Translations under genes and position numbers: made by a program
Notes under the pieces: model-generated
The model's database searches: none
Told to the model about the DNA's origin: nothing
Seen by the model: the letters and a program-made list of their open reading frames with translations, nothing else
NCBI GenBank assembly: GCA_965223855.1
Contig: CBDCXM010000009.1
Location: 2,848,001-2,912,000 of the forward strand
Direction: 5' to 3'
Length of the DNA stretch: 64,000 nucleotides
Source of the DNA: Candidatus Multivoradales bacterium
Lineage (GTDB): Bacteria > Acidobacteriota > Thermoanaerobaculia > Multivoradales > JAHEKO01
Shown: one piece after another, positions 10,389-20,871 of the stretch
Layout: each line of letters starts with the position of its first letter
Numbering within the stretch: position 1 is the stretch's first letter

Positions 10389-11603
10389 ATGCTCGATCTG
10401 CTCAGCCCCCTCGCTTTCGTCGCGGCCGGCCTTCTGGTGCTCGTGCTGCTTCTGACCTGGTTGCTCTACCGGGTCTCGAGGCGGGTGCGGGCCTTCGAGC
10501 GCGACGTCGCGACCCTGAGGTCGGCGGCAAACCAGGCGAGTCGCGCCGAGGCGCAGGAGGCCTCGCTCGATCGGCTGCTGGTCGATCTGACACGTCTGAC
10601 GGAGCGTCTGCGCGATGCTCGCGACGCCCGCGAGATTCCGCAACTCGTCGTCCACATCGTTCAGCGCACCTTCGATGCGGATCAGGTCGTGGTCCTCTTT
10701 GCACGACGCCCGGCGGAGACGCAGGGCAAGTCGCCGACCCTGGTGGTGGCCGCATCGTCGTCCGGCTCGCTCGAGCGGGCGCTCAACCGCGAGATCGGCT
10801 TCGGCGAGGGAGAGCTGGGGCTGGTCGCCGATCTGCAGGAGGCCGTCGACCGCCAGGATCTCGACGGCCGCCGCATCCCGGGGCACACGACGGTGCCGGG
10901 ACTGCGATCGTTCCGCACCGACCTCGCCGTGCCGATGGTGGTCGCAGGGCAGACCTTCGGGGTCGTCGCCGTGTCGGGCCTCGGACGGCACTACCGGCGC
11001 GAGAAGACGATGCTGTCGCTGATCGCCCAGACCGCCGGCTTCGGCCTGCAGAGCGCGGCGTCCTATTCCGCGCTCAAGGCGAAGGCCGATCTCGACGGGC
11101 TGACCCGCATTCTCAACCGGCGCGCCGTCGACTACCGCCTCGGTGAACTGGTCTTCGAGGCAGAGCGGTCCGGGCGTGAGGTCGGAGTCGTGCTGCTCGA
11201 CGTCGATCACTTCAAGCCCTACAACGACAACAACGGACATGCGGCCGGCGATCGGGCGCTCCAGGATCTGGCGGCTCTCGTCAACGAGTCCCTGCGCGCG
11301 GAGGATGTCTTCGGCCGCTTCGGTGGAGAGGAGTTCGTCGTCGTCGCGCCGAATCAGTCGGTGGCCTCGACCTACGGCCTGGCGGAGAAGCTGCGGTCGA
11401 AGATCGAGGCTCACGACTTCGAGTACGCGGTCGACCAGCCGCTGGGTCGGGTCACCGTGAGCGGCGGCATCGCCGTCTTCCCGCACCACGGCCGCGACAG
11501 CACGGACCTGCTGCAGAGCGCGGACCAGGCGCTCTACAAGGCGAAGCAGGCAGGGCGGAACCGGATCGAGATCAGCCCGGCTCAGGCGGCGGGGGGATCG
11601 TGA
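10389..11603 (+). CDS. Membrane-anchored GAF-GGDEF diguanylate cyclase
   Basis: N-terminal TM, GAF-like middle, DGLTRILNRR, DVDHFKPYND..GH..GD, RFGGEEF. Confidence 0.92.
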   Translation: MLDLLSPLAFVAAGLLVLVLLLTWLLYRVSRRVRAFERDVATLRSAANQASRAEAQEASLDRLLVDLTRLTERLRDARDAREIPQLVVHIVQRTFDADQVVVLFARRPAETQGKSPTLVVAASSSGSLERALNREIGFGEGELGLVADLQEAVDRQDLDGRRIPGHTTVPGLRSFRTDLAVPMVVAGQTFGVVAVSGLGRHYRREKTMLSLIAQTAGFGLQSAASYSALKAKADLDGLTRILNRRAVDYRLGELVFEAERSGREVGVVLLDVDHFKPYNDNNGHAAGDRALQDLAALVNESLRAEDVFGRFGGEEFVVVAPNQSVASTYGLAEKLRSKIEAHDFEYAVDQPLGRVTVSGGIAVFPHHGRDSTDLLQSADQALYKAKQAGRNRIEISPAQAAGGS

Positions 11604-12634
11604 CCGCGGCCGGGCCGCCGCTCGACGTGCTGGTCGTTGGGTCGGGACCGACCGGGGTCGCGGTCGGCGCCGAGGCGAAGCAGGCCGGGCTCTCCGTGGC
11701 TCTCTTCGACGCGGGCCCCTTGCAGGCGAACCTGCTCGGGTTCCCGACCTACATGACCTGGTTCACCACCCGGGATCGGATGGAGATCGGCGGTGTGCCC
11801 TTTTCGATTCCCGAGGACAAGGCCGATCGGCGTCAGGCGCTCGCGTACTACCGCTCGGTGGTGGCCCACCACGATCTCGAAGTACGGACGCACTCGAAAG
11901 TGGTTCGGATCCGGCCCTCGCAGCAAGGTCTCCTCGCGGAGATCGCTCCGCGAGAGGGGGGGAGCTACTTGCAGCCTGCCCGCACGGTGGTGGTCGCGAC
12001 CGGTTACTTCGGTGCGCCCCGTCGGCTTGCGGTGCCGGGGGCCGATCTCCCCTGGGTGCACACCCGCTACCTCGAACCGTATCGCCACTACGGTGAGCAC
12101 GTCGTGCTCGTAGGCGCGGGCAACTCGGCGGCGGAGGCCGCGCTCGAGATATGGCGTGCCGGCATCGAGGTCAGCCTCGTCCACCGCGGTCGGGAGATCA
12201 AGCCGACCGTCAAGTATTGGGTGCGACCCGATGTCGAGAACCGCATCGCCGAGGGCTCGATCGGTGCTCACTTCGAGCGCACGGTGGAGGCCTTTGAAGT
12301 GCGTGACGGCCGTCGGGGTCTGGTTCTTGCCGGTGGGGAGGATCATGAGTTCCTGCCGGCCGATGCCGTGTACGTACTGATCGGCTACGACATCGACGCC
12401 TCGCTGCTGGAGGCTTCGGGGGTCGTCGTCGATGCGGTCGAGAAGATCCCGGCGTTCGACGAGGAAAGCGGCGAGACCGATGTCCCCGGACTCTACGTTG
12501 CGGGAGCGGTGCGTTCGGGCATCCACACGAACCGGATCTTCATCGACAACTCGCGCGACCACGCGAGCCGAATCGTGGAGCACATCGCCGGTCGTCTTCG
12601 TGGCCGCGCCGTCGCGGCGGGCGGCAGCGCTTAG
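11600..12634 (+). CDS. ypdA: YpdA-family putative bacillithiol disulfide reductase
   Basis: GSGPTG FAD motif, FPTYMTWF, ALAYYR, GAGNSA, VKYWVRPDVENRI, FIDNSRDH. No CxxC, as in YpdA/Bdr. Confidence 0.85.
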   Translation: MTAAGPPLDVLVVGSGPTGVAVGAEAKQAGLSVALFDAGPLQANLLGFPTYMTWFTTRDRMEIGGVPFSIPEDKADRRQALAYYRSVVAHHDLEVRTHSKVVRIRPSQQGLLAEIAPREGGSYLQPARTVVVATGYFGAPRRLAVPGADLPWVHTRYLEPYRHYGEHVVLVGAGNSAAEAALEIWRAGIEVSLVHRGREIKPTVKYWVRPDVENRIAEGSIGAHFERTVEAFEVRDGRRGLVLAGGEDHEFLPADAVYVLIGYDIDASLLEASGVVVDAVEKIPAFDEESGETDVPGLYVAGAVRSGIHTNRIFIDNSRDHASRIVEHIAGRLRGRAVAAGGSA

Positions 12635-12954
12635 CCGGCGGCGATCAGGGCGGTCACCGAGTCGAGATCCAGGCCGACGACCAGCGTGTCGCCGAGGTGC
12701 ACCAGCGGCGCTCGTACGTTGCCGGTCGGCCCCAGCAGGTCCTTCGGCTCGACCTCCGACGCTTTCAGCTCACCGCGGTTGCGCCCCCGGGCGATGACGA
12801 CGCGCTCGACCTTCCCGAGGAGGTCGCGAACCTCCTGCTCGCCAAGCGGCTCCTTGCCGGTCGATCGCTCGGGAACCTCGACCCCGGCCTGCTCGAGCAC
12901 CTCACGGGTGCGCTTGCAGCTCGTTCAGCCGGGGCGGAAGTAGAAGAGGCTCAT
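12631..12954 (-). CDS. ArsC/Spx-like thioredoxin-fold selenoprotein (UxxC)
   Basis: ATG at 12954 overlaps the DinB stop (ATGA). Reads MSLFYFRPG-TGA-TSCKRTREVLE...LLGPTGNVRAPLVHLGDTLVVG, with the in-frame TGA at 12925-12927 at the first Cys position of CxxC. Confidence 0.85.
12889..12919 (-). promoter_or_regulatory. Bacterial SECIS-like hairpin
   Basis: CUGC-AAGC-GCACC-[CGUGA]-GGUGC-UCGA-GCAG. The apical loop starts 18 nt after the UGA and has G at loop position 2. Confidence 0.7.
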
Positions 12955-13478
12955 CCCGACTCCGGAACCGGCAGATAGCGTTCTTCGAGGATCGCTCGGT
13001 GGTGGAGCTCGTGACCGGCGACGATGTGGACCAGCGCCCGCACCGTGAACTCGAAGCCGCTGGCAGTGCCGCGACGCTCGAGCGCGTCTTCGTCGAACGA
13101 CCGGAAGAGGGCTACGTTCCCCGATCGCAGAGTGCGGAACTCCTCGAGCAGTGCCGAGAGTGGCCGGGTGCCGGCATTCGAAGAGGCGCTCCAGACGTCC
13201 TGGTCCATTCCCGGCAGCGCCGCTGCGTCGCCGCGTGCCATGTGGAGGGCACGAAAGGCGAACACCCTCTCGGTGTCGAGAATGTGGCCGAGAACCTCGC
13301 GGATCGTCCACTTGCCGTCGGCATAGCGATAGCTCTCCTCCTCCGCACCGAGCCCCGAGAGCAGCGCCTCGAGCGCCGTCGGCGCCCCCGCCAGCTCGTC
13401 CCACACCGCTCCCGGCGTGACCCGGTCGATGTAGGTGGAGTAGTAGGCGTCGTGCTCGTCCTTGCCCGGGAATCGCAC
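12951..13478 (-). CDS. DinB family protein (possible thiol S-transferase)
   Basis: YADGKWTIREVLGHILDTERVF...LPGMDQD...IVAGHELHH metal-binding His pattern. Confidence 0.88.
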   Translation of the reverse strand: MRFPGKDEHDAYYSTYIDRVTPGAVWDELAGAPTALEALLSGLGAEEESYRYADGKWTIREVLGHILDTERVFAFRALHMARGDAAALPGMDQDVWSASSNAGTRPLSALLEEFRTLRSGNVALFRSFDEDALERRGTASGFEFTVRALVHIVAGHELHHRAILEERYLPVPESG

Positions 13479-13481
13479 GCT

Positions 13482-13958
13482 CTACATCTCCAGCTGTCGG
13501 TCGAGGTGGGCCTTGGCCTGGAAGAGGAGCTCGTCGATCCGATCGCTCCTGCGGTTGAAGGCACTCGCGTAGTCCCTGCCGCTGGTCACCGCGCGTTCGA
13601 TGCTGGCAACCAGCGCTGCCATCTCCTCCAGGGCGGTGGAGGACGTCTCGCAGACCGGATTCGTGCAACCGCAGGTCGCGCGCGCGTCCTCGATCATCGC
13701 GCCGATCTCGTGCTCGGCGTCGCCCCATTCCTCGGCCTGCTCGGCGGGGGAGATCGTACCCAACTCGCTGCGAATGAAGCGGAAGGTGTCGTCCGCCGCT
13801 CCCAGGCACTGTCCCACCCGTCCGGCGCCCCGGTGCTCGGTACCGACGAGCTTGTCCTCGGAGATGCCTTCGACTCTCTCGATCACCCAGGGAAACCCCT
13901 TGGAGACGGCGAAGTAGCCGAGTGCGAGGACGATCAGTAGCTGAAGGGGGCGCTTCAC
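13482..13958 (-). CDS. Hypothetical membrane-anchored protein
   Basis: N-terminal hydrophobic segment and Cys residues. Tightly packed with downstream genes. Confidence 0.65.
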   Translation of the reverse strand: MKRPLQLLIVLALGYFAVSKGFPWVIERVEGISEDKLVGTEHRGAGRVGQCLGAADDTFRFIRSELGTISPAEQAEEWGDAEHEIGAMIEDARATCGCTNPVCETSSTALEEMAALVASIERAVTSGRDYASAFNRRSDRIDELLFQAKAHLDRQLEM

Positions 13959-13985
13959 GCGGGGAGTCTACCAGCGCTTCGGACG

Positions 13986-14016
13986 AAAAACGCCGGTGCC
14001 CGAGGGGGCACCGGCG
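13986..14016 (-). terminator. Rho-independent terminator after ahcY
   Basis: Minus strand CGCCGGTGCCC-CCTC-GGGCACCGGCG followed by TTTTT. Confidence 0.85.
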
Positions 14017-14055
14017 TGAGAAGTTCAGGCTGGTGAGCCTGCCTCGTCGGGGAGA

Positions 14056-15534
14056 TCAATACCGGTAGTGGTCGGGCTTGTAGGGACCCTCGACCGGCAC
14101 GCCGATGTAGGCGGCCTGCTTCTCGGTCAGCGTGGTCAGCTGGACCCCGAGCTGCTCGAGGTGAAGCCTGGCGACCTCTTCGTCGAGCTTCTTGGGCAGC
14201 ATCGTGACCGTCTTCTCGTAGGAGCCGCGGTGAGCCCACAGATCCATCTGGGCGAGCACCTGATTCGTGAAGGAGGCGGACATCACGAAGCTCGGGTGGC
14301 CGGTCGCGCAACCGAGATTCATCAGGCGCCCTTCGGCGAGGATCAGCACGCTGCGGCCGGTCGGGAAGCGCCACTCGTCGTACTGCGGCTTGATGTTGAC
14401 GCACTCGACGCCGTCCATCCGCTTGAGGCCGGCGATGTCGATCTCGTTGTCGAAATGGCCGATGTTGGCGACGATCGCTTTGTCCTTCATGCGCGCCATG
14501 TCCTCAGCCTTGAGGATGTCGAAGTTGCCGGTCGTGGTGATGAAGATGTCGGCGGTCTCGACGACCTCCTCGAGGGTCGTCACCTCGTAGCCCTCCATCG
14601 CCGCCTGCAGCGCGCAGATCGGGTCGATCTCGGTGACGATCACCCGCGCCCCCTGGCCGCGGAGCGCCTGGGCACATCCCTTGCCGACTTCGCCGAAGCC
14701 GAAAACCACCGCGACCTTGCCGCCGATCATGACGTCGGTGGCGCGGTTGAGCCCGTCGAGCACCGAGTGGCGGCAACCGTAGACGTTGTCGAACTTCGAC
14801 TTGGTCACCGAGTCGTTGACGTTGATGGCGGGGAAGAGGAGCGTTCCGGCACGCTCCATCTCGTAGAGGCGGTGCACTCCGGTCGTGGTCTCCTCGGAGA
14901 CGCCCTGGATCGCCTCGGCGATCTTCGTCCAGCGACCGGGATGCTCGGCGAGCTCGGTGCGGATGGTCTCGAGGATGACGCTCCATTCCTCGGGATCCTC
15001 GTCCGTGGCAGTCGGCACTTCACCGGCGAGCTCGAACTCGCGCGCCTTGTGGACCAGCAGCGTGGCGTCGCCACCGTCATCGACGATCAGGTCGGGACCC
15101 GAGCCGTCGGGCCAGACCAGCGCCTCGCGGGTGCACCACCAGTACTCCTCGAGAGTCTCGCCCTTCCAGGCGAAGACTGCGATCCCCTGCGGGTTCTCGA
15201 CGGTGCCCTCGCGACCGACCGCAACCGCGGCGGCGGCGGAGTCCTGGGTCGAGAAGATGTTGCACGACACCCAGCGGACGTCGGCGCCGAGGTCGACGAG
15301 GGTTTCGATCAGCACGGCGGTCTGCACCGTCATGTGCAGGCTGCCCATGATCTTGGCGCCGGCGAGCGGCTTGGTCTCGGCGTAGCGTGCCCGCAGCGCC
15401 ATGAGGCCGGGCATCTCGTGCTCGGCGAGGTTGATCTCGCGACGGCCGAGGTCGGCCAGCGAGAGGTCGGCGACCTTGTACGGCAGCCGTGTGGTGGCGG
15501 CTCCGGTCGAATGAGAGTCGGTGAGAACGGTCAT
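14056..15534 (-). CDS. ahcY: Adenosylhomocysteinase
   Basis: [60 protein letters not shown]. Confidence 0.98.
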   Translation of the reverse strand: MTVLTDSHSTGAATTRLPYKVADLSLADLGRREINLAEHEMPGLMALRARYAETKPLAGAKIMGSLHMTVQTAVLIETLVDLGADVRWVSCNIFSTQDSAAAAVAVGREGTVENPQGIAVFAWKGETLEEYWWCTREALVWPDGSGPDLIVDDGGDATLLVHKAREFELAGEVPTATDEDPEEWSVILETIRTELAEHPGRWTKIAEAIQGVSEETTTGVHRLYEMERAGTLLFPAINVNDSVTKSKFDNVYGCRHSVLDGLNRATDVMIGGKVAVVFGFGEVGKGCAQALRGQGARVIVTEIDPICALQAAMEGYEVTTLEEVVETADIFITTTGNFDILKAEDMARMKDKAIVANIGHFDNEIDIAGLKRMDGVECVNIKPQYDEWRFPTGRSVLILAEGRLMNLGCATGHPSFVMSASFTNQVLAQMDLWAHRGSYEKTVTMLPKKLDEEVARLHLEQLGVQLTTLTEKQAAYIGVPVEGPYKPDHYRY

Positions 15535-15582
15535 GGGGATCTCCGTAGGTGGGTCGGCGGGCGTGCCGCCGGGGGTTTCGAG

Positions 15583-16638
15583 TCAGGCTTGGTGTCGAGG
15601 GGAGGGAAGTGGGTTCGAAGGCGGCTCGGTCGGCGTCGTCGACGCAGGTGGTGCCGGGTCGGACGGTACTTCCGGTCGGGTGAAACGAACCACATAGAGG
15701 CCGGGGCCCTTGGCGGCGGGATCCGGAGAGAGCGAGACGGCAGGCTCCGCTCGGAGCCCGGCGCGGGTTGCCCACTGAGCGAGCTGATCGGGCTCGAAGC
15801 CGAGCCAGACGTGGCCCATCGCCTGCCGGTAGTCGTCGCGCTCGTGCTGGTGCATCTCGAGGACGACGAGACGGCCACCGGGAGCGAGCGCCCGGGCCGC
15901 CTCGGCGATCACCGCTTCGGGCTCGGCGAGATGGTGGAGGACGAGGCCGAGGAAGGCGACGTCGAGGGAACGGTCGGGGATCGGCAACTGCTCGAGCCGG
16001 CCGCGGCGCAGTTCCACATTGTCGAACCCGGAGAGCCGCTCGGCCGCCGTCTCGAGCATCGCCTCGGAGGCGTCGACGGCGATCACTCTGTGGACGAACG
16101 GTGCGAGCGTGGCGGCGATCTCGCCGCTACCGGTGCCGAGGTCGCCGACCACGAGGTCGGGAGAGAGCAGGGCGACCAGCGCTTCGAGATCGAAACGGCC
16201 GCCGAAGAGCTCGCGGCGCATCTGGGACCACTCGCCGGCGGACGAGGAGAAGAACTCCTCCGACCCGCTGCGACGCTCGGCCAGCACCGCTTCCAGCCTG
16301 CGAGCGTCATCGACCGCCGCCGGGCTCGCGACGACCTCGGGACGCAGCAGAGACCACAACCCGGCCGTGCGCTCCGCCTCCACCGCCGACCCCGCCGAGT
16401 AGAGCCGCCGCGTCCCTTCCGGCCGCACCCGCACCCAGCCATCCTCCGCCAGCGCCTTGAGATGCCGGCTGGCGGTCGACTGCGGCAACTGGAGGACGTC
16501 GCAAAGCTCCGAAACCGTCAGTTCCGCCCCTTCCAGCACGAGCAACGCCCGACACCGCACCGGCTCACCCAGAACCGCGAGGCTGTCGAACAAAGAGATC
16601 GGCGGAAGGCCCGCCGCGAACTGATTCAATCCGTCCAT
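15583..16638 (-). CDS. ArsR HTH-SAM methyltransferase fusion regulator (SahR-like)
   Basis: ELTVSELCDVLQLPQSTASRHLKAL HTH plus VGDLGTGSG methyltransferase motif, directly upstream of ahcY. ATG at 16638 chosen. Confidence 0.88.
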   Translation of the reverse strand: MDGLNQFAAGLPPISLFDSLAVLGEPVRCRALLVLEGAELTVSELCDVLQLPQSTASRHLKALAEDGWVRVRPEGTRRLYSAGSAVEAERTAGLWSLLRPEVVASPAAVDDARRLEAVLAERRSGSEEFFSSSAGEWSQMRRELFGGRFDLEALVALLSPDLVVGDLGTGSGEIAATLAPFVHRVIAVDASEAMLETAAERLSGFDNVELRRGRLEQLPIPDRSLDVAFLGLVLHHLAEPEAVIAEAARALAPGGRLVVLEMHQHERDDYRQAMGHVWLGFEPDQLAQWATRAGLRAEPAVSLSPDPAAKGPGLYVVRFTRPEVPSDPAPPASTTPTEPPSNPLPSPRHQA

Positions 16639-16676
16639 CCGGATCGTAGGATACATCCTCCCCCTACCAACCGCAA
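16629..16676 (-). promoter_or_regulatory. Sigma70-type promoter and palindromic operator for the sahR-like/ahcY operon
   Basis: TTGCGG (16676-16671), 17 nt spacer, TATCCT (16653-16648). Palindrome ATCCG-N6-CGGAT at 16629-16644. Confidence 0.6.
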
Positions 16677-16752
16677 CCCCTACCTGCCGATCCACCGAGG
16701 AGCCAGTCACCCATTGACCTCTTCCCCCATCAACCACTCTCCGCCTTCCATC

Positions 16753-16896
16753 AGGTGCCAGGTGAATGTCCAAGATCTCATCCAGGGGCCAGGCGAATGG
16801 AGGCGAAGTGATCTCATCCAGGTGCCAGGTGAATGGTGGTGGATCCAAGTGCCAGGTGAGTGGTGGTGGGGTTCTGACGAGGTGCCAGGTATTTGG
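16753..16896. repeat. Five degenerate direct repeats, consensus AGGTGCCAGGTGAATGG
   Basis: Units start at 16753, 16784, 16820, 16847 and 16880 (spacing 27-36 nt). Confidence 0.8.
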
Positions 16897-16964
16897 AGCC
16901 GGGCGGGTGGGTGGGGGCGTAGTAGTCTCCGCATTCGCCTTCGGGCGATGGAAAGAGGACTCTG

Positions 16965-18674
<1,710 letters not shown>

Positions 18675-18695
18675 GCGGCAGCGATCGTAGGGGCG

Positions 18696-20294
18696 TCAGG
18701 GCACGGTTGCCGACCACGCCGCAGTGTCGCCGCTCTCGAAACCGTCGGCGAACACCAGCGGATCGCCGCCGATCTCGACGCATTCGCTCGCCGGCCCGAA
18801 GCACGACGGTCCGGAAGCCCCGATCGGAATCACGACGTACCCGTACCGTCGCCCTTCGAGGACCTCGGGATCGCTGAAGGCGGTGGCGCTCGTCGCACCG
18901 ATGAGGATCCTGCCGAGGTCGCACCCGAGAGGCCCGTCGGTGCGGTAGACCGAGTACGAGGCGGCTCCCGCGACGCCGGTCCAGGCGAGGTCGATGGCCC
19001 CCGCATTCGTGGAGGCCGTCAGGGCCGGAGCCTCGGCGGGTCCGCCGAGGCAGCCGCCGTCGATGACCACCGGCCCGCCGTTCGCCGGCGTACAGCCGAT
19101 CTCGTGGCGGTCGAAAGCGGCGGCGATGGCGCTCATGTTGGGAGTGCCGTTGGCGAGGTTGCCGTCGTCGTCGTCAGCCGCCAGCAACTGAAGATACGCC
19201 TGGCCGGCGCCGCAGCCGGCCGCCCCGGGCGGAGGACCGGCGAGATCGAACCAGCCGGAAGCGTTGCCGCCGCCGACATAGGTGAGGCGCGTCGTGACTT
19301 CCTGCGCGGTCCCCGAGTCGAAGCCACGCTCCGCACCAAGATCGCGAACGTAGAGGTCCCAGATCGCCTCGGAGTAGGCGGCGCCGACGCACTGCACGGT
19401 GCCGCCGCAGTTCGCGCGCACCCAGGTCAACGTGTGCGGCGAACCGGAGACCCGGTCCTCCCAGTCGATCGTCCGAATCCCGTCGCAGGTGACGCACGGA
19501 TCCCCGTAGCCGCTGCAGGTCGAGCCGGACAGCAGGAGCCCGCGGCCGATGCAGGCGTCGGCCAACCGCAGGGCGGAGTAGACGTCGGCGATCCCTTCAC
19601 CGCCCCCCTGGCCCGAAGTCACGATCGCACCGCTGGCGTCGTTCTGGTCCATCCCGTGGCCCCACTCGTGGTCGAGCACGCTCGCGATCTGCCCGGGGTT
19701 GGCACACGGCCCCATCTCCTGTGAGGTGCGCACCCGGGTACCGTCCCAGAAGGCGAAGCAGCTCGCGATGTCGAGATTGACCTCGGCCTCCACCTGCCCG
19801 CCGAGCCAGCCGTTCGCGGGCAGGTAGCCCCGCGCCTGCTGAGCGATCCTGTTGAGCTCGTAGAAGGCGGTTCGGGAGGCCGCGGTGTTCCCCGGCGAGG
19901 CCCCGGCCGGGATGTCGCAATCGACGTCTCCGTCGCTGCCGCCCAGAGCAATGTCGCCGTCACCTCCCTCGCTCAGGGCGCCGCACTGGTCCGTGATCGT
20001 CACATGGCGACCGGAGAGCGTCGTCGTCCTCGTGCCGGTCGCGGTGAAGCCGCCGCTGCTGTCGGTGAAGCTGCCGTCGCCGAGGTCCGCGTACGGCATC
20101 GGCGCCTCGAGATCCATGACCCCGCCGGGAGCGGCTCCGCCGTAGGTCAGCGGGTAGACCCCCCCGGTGAGGCTGCGAGCCATCCCCTCGCCCTGCGCAC
20201 CGCCTCCCGCGGGCGCGCTCGCTCGCGCCCCGCTGTCCGGCATTGCAGCGAGGGCGTACAGCAGGCCCGCCAGCAGCGCTCCCGCGGGCATCAC
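18696..20294 (-). CDS. Secreted M4/M36-like zinc metallopeptidase with C-terminal FADGFESGD motif
   Basis: Signal-like N-terminus, HEWGH plus downstream GEGIAD third ligand, FnIII-like region, ends LVFADGFESGDTAAWSATVP. Confidence 0.75.
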   Translation of the reverse strand: MMPAGALLAGLLYALAAMPDSGARASAPAGGGAQGEGMARSLTGGVYPLTYGGAAPGGVMDLEAPMPYADLGDGSFTDSSGGFTATGTRTTTLSGRHVTITDQCGALSEGGDGDIALGGSDGDVDCDIPAGASPGNTAASRTAFYELNRIAQQARGYLPANGWLGGQVEAEVNLDIASCFAFWDGTRVRTSQEMGPCANPGQIASVLDHEWGHGMDQNDASGAIVTSGQGGGEGIADVYSALRLADACIGRGLLLSGSTCSGYGDPCVTCDGIRTIDWEDRVSGSPHTLTWVRANCGGTVQCVGAAYSEAIWDLYVRDLGAERGFDSGTAQEVTTRLTYVGGGNASGWFDLAGPPPGAAGCGAGQAYLQLLAADDDDGNLANGTPNMSAIAAAFDRHEIGCTPANGGPVVIDGGCLGGPAEAPALTASTNAGAIDLAWTGVAGAASYSVYRTDGPLGCDLGRILIGATSATAFSDPEVLEGRRYGYVVIPIGASGPSCFGPASECVEIGGDPLVFADGFESGDTAAWSATVP

Positions 20295-20298
20295 GCCA

Positions 20299-20736
20299 TC
20301 AGCCGGAGTGCGAGATCAGGGCGCCGAGAATCGCTCCACCGATCGCCCCGTTGATCATCGCCGCACCGCCCTGGCACCACGCCAGGTAGTACGGGAAGTC
20401 GGCGATCACGATCGGGTCGTAGAGATTGCCGAATGTGGCGACCAGCCCCATCAGTACACCGAAGACGATGCCGCCGACCGGCCCGGCCGCCCACGCGCCA
20501 CGGGTGCGATGAAACAGGTAGGCGAGCAGCAGGTAGGTCGCGAGCGAGATGGCGAGAAACGAAAACGGGCTCGACTGGGTCTGAGAGAAGACCGTGTCCA
20601 GCCGGGCGTAGGTATCTCCGAGCATCATGCCGTGGAGCACGAAGTCGACGAGCCAGCCGACGATACCGGCGACGATGCCGGCGATCGCCCAGCGCCCGGT
20701 CGAGGCACTACTGTTGACGGGAGTGGGGAAGGGCAT
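20299..20736 (-). CDS. Hypothetical integral membrane protein (about 4 TM)
   Basis: Four hydrophobic segments and a GGAG RBS upstream. Confidence 0.75.
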   Translation of the reverse strand: MPFPTPVNSSASTGRWAIAGIVAGIVGWLVDFVLHGMMLGDTYARLDTVFSQTQSSPFSFLAISLATYLLLAYLFHRTRGAWAAGPVGGIVFGVLMGLVATFGNLYDPIVIADFPYYLAWCQGGAAMINGAIGGAILGALISHSG

Positions 20737-20871
20737 TGAGCGTCTCCTTTCCGAGCGCCACGGACAGGCCCCCTGCCGGGCAGCTTCGAGGATGGGAAGG
20801 ATTGTGAGTGACCGGAGTCTAGCGCGTGGAGACCCTGTCGCCGGGTCATCGTTCCTCGCCCGTCCGCCCGG

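Noticed and set aside
15535-15582. SAH or SAM riboswitch upstream of ahcY
   Set aside because: Only 48 nt of spacer, no recognisable consensus, and a protein regulator explains the control.
16639-16848. N-terminal extension (FTWHL repeats) of the ArsR-methyltransferase
   Set aside because: It is just the translation of the intergenic repeat array and lies upstream of the predicted promoter.
16753-16896. CRISPR array
   Set aside because: Units are short and degenerate, the period is irregular (27-36 nt), spacers are partly duplicated, and no cas genes are present.
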